Assembly: GCF_003334335.1 (NCBI RefSeq)
Contig: NZ_QOWQ01000232.1
Strand: one strand, 5' to 3'
DNA: 237 bases
Source of the DNA: Escherichia coli
GTDB lineage: Bacteria > Pseudomonadota > Gammaproteobacteria > Enterobacterales > Enterobacteriaceae
The notes beneath the pieces are model-generated. The model searched no databases, was not told the origin of the DNA, and saw only the letters and a list, made by a program, of their open reading frames with translations. Each line of letters opens with the position of its first letter. Position 1 is the stretch's first letter. The position numbers and the translations under genes were made by a program. This document shows positions 1 through 237 of the stretch, in pieces.

Positions 1-237
1 GTTTGAATGGAAAGGGCTGAAGAAATTATGCGTGGCAGTCTCCTTTCGGTCCATAATAGCAGAACAAAAGAAAGAGCCAGAAATGACGGTCAGATATTAT
101 ATCAGTTCTGCTGATTTAACCGCTGAGAAATTCGCCACAGCGATCCGAAATCACTGGCACGTGGAGAATAAGCTGCACTGGCGTCTGGACGTGGTAATGA
201 ATGAAGACGACTGCAAAATAAGAAGAGGAAATGCAGC
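1..237 (+). CDS. ISAs1-family (H-repeat-associated) DDE transposase, internal/C-terminal fragment; partial at both window edges
   Basis: Seen in sequence: the frame with codon phase starting at base 2 is open for 78 codons to the window end, while + frames 1 and 3 hit TGA at bases 4-6 and 18-20. The translation is [78 protein letters not shown]. Established knowledge, recalled rather than searched: the segment [30 protein letters not shown] matches the conserved C-terminal region of ISAs1-family H-repeat transposases known from Escherichia coli and relatives. No start or stop codon is in the window, so the true gene boundaries lie outside it. Confidence 0.85.
1..237 (+). mobile_element. Interior of an ISAs1-family insertion sequence (H-repeat element); element ends and inverted repeats not in window
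   Basis: Inference from the transposase CDS: ISAs1-family elements are about 1.2-1.4 kb and consist mostly of this one transposase gene, so a window inside the gene is inside the element. No terminal inverted repeats or target-site duplications are visible here, so whether the element is complete cannot be judged. Confidence 0.7.

Noticed and set aside
83-85. In-frame ATG (Met in ...EPEMTVRYY...) that could be mistaken for a start codon
   Set aside because: The frame is open and carries transposase-like sequence for 27 codons upstream of it, so this is an internal methionine and not the gene start.
7-117. Alternative-frame ORF on the + strand starting at ATG 7-9 (also ATG 28-30) and ending at TGA 115-117, about 36 codons ([35 protein letters not shown])
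   Set aside because: It is short, lies wholly within the strongly supported transposase frame, and has no recognisable similarity. Such out-of-frame ORFs arise by chance in coding DNA. There is no evidence for a real overlapping gene.
91-120. AT-rich stretch (cagatattatatcagttctgctgatttaac) with a TATTATAT element resembling a -10 promoter box
   Set aside because: It is inside the coding frame, where it encodes [10 protein letters not shown], and has no convincing -35 partner at the right spacing. An outward or internal promoter cannot be established from sequence alone.
158-163. CACGTG palindrome, with nearby repeats of cactgg and gacgtgg
   Set aside because: These follow directly from the codons for the conserved residues HW-HVE and HW-RLDV. 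The repetition reflects repeated His-Trp and Val codons, not a structural or regulatory repeat.
105-237. Reverse-strand frame with no stop from the window end back to about base 105 (roughly 44 codons)
   Set aside because: It is short and antisense to a well-supported CDS, and the other two reverse frames are also interrupted by stops. This is a typical antisense artefact and I cannot support it as a gene.

Overview
The whole 237-bp window lies inside a single gene on the + strand: the C-terminal part of an ISAs1-family (H-repeat-associated, IS4-superfamily) DDE transposase. One reading frame (codon phase starting at base 2) is open across the window and translates to [78 protein letters not shown], which I recognise from memory as the H-repeat transposase of enterobacterial ISAs1-like elements. 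The other two + strand frames stop within the first 20 bases, and all three - strand frames contain stops. GC content is about 45% (106 of 237 by hand count). I see no RNA gene, CRISPR repeat, terminator or independent regulatory element. Despite the prompt, nothing here supports a new biological system; the window is an interior piece of a known insertion sequence. Its main value is as a marker that the flanking DNA may be an accessory region.
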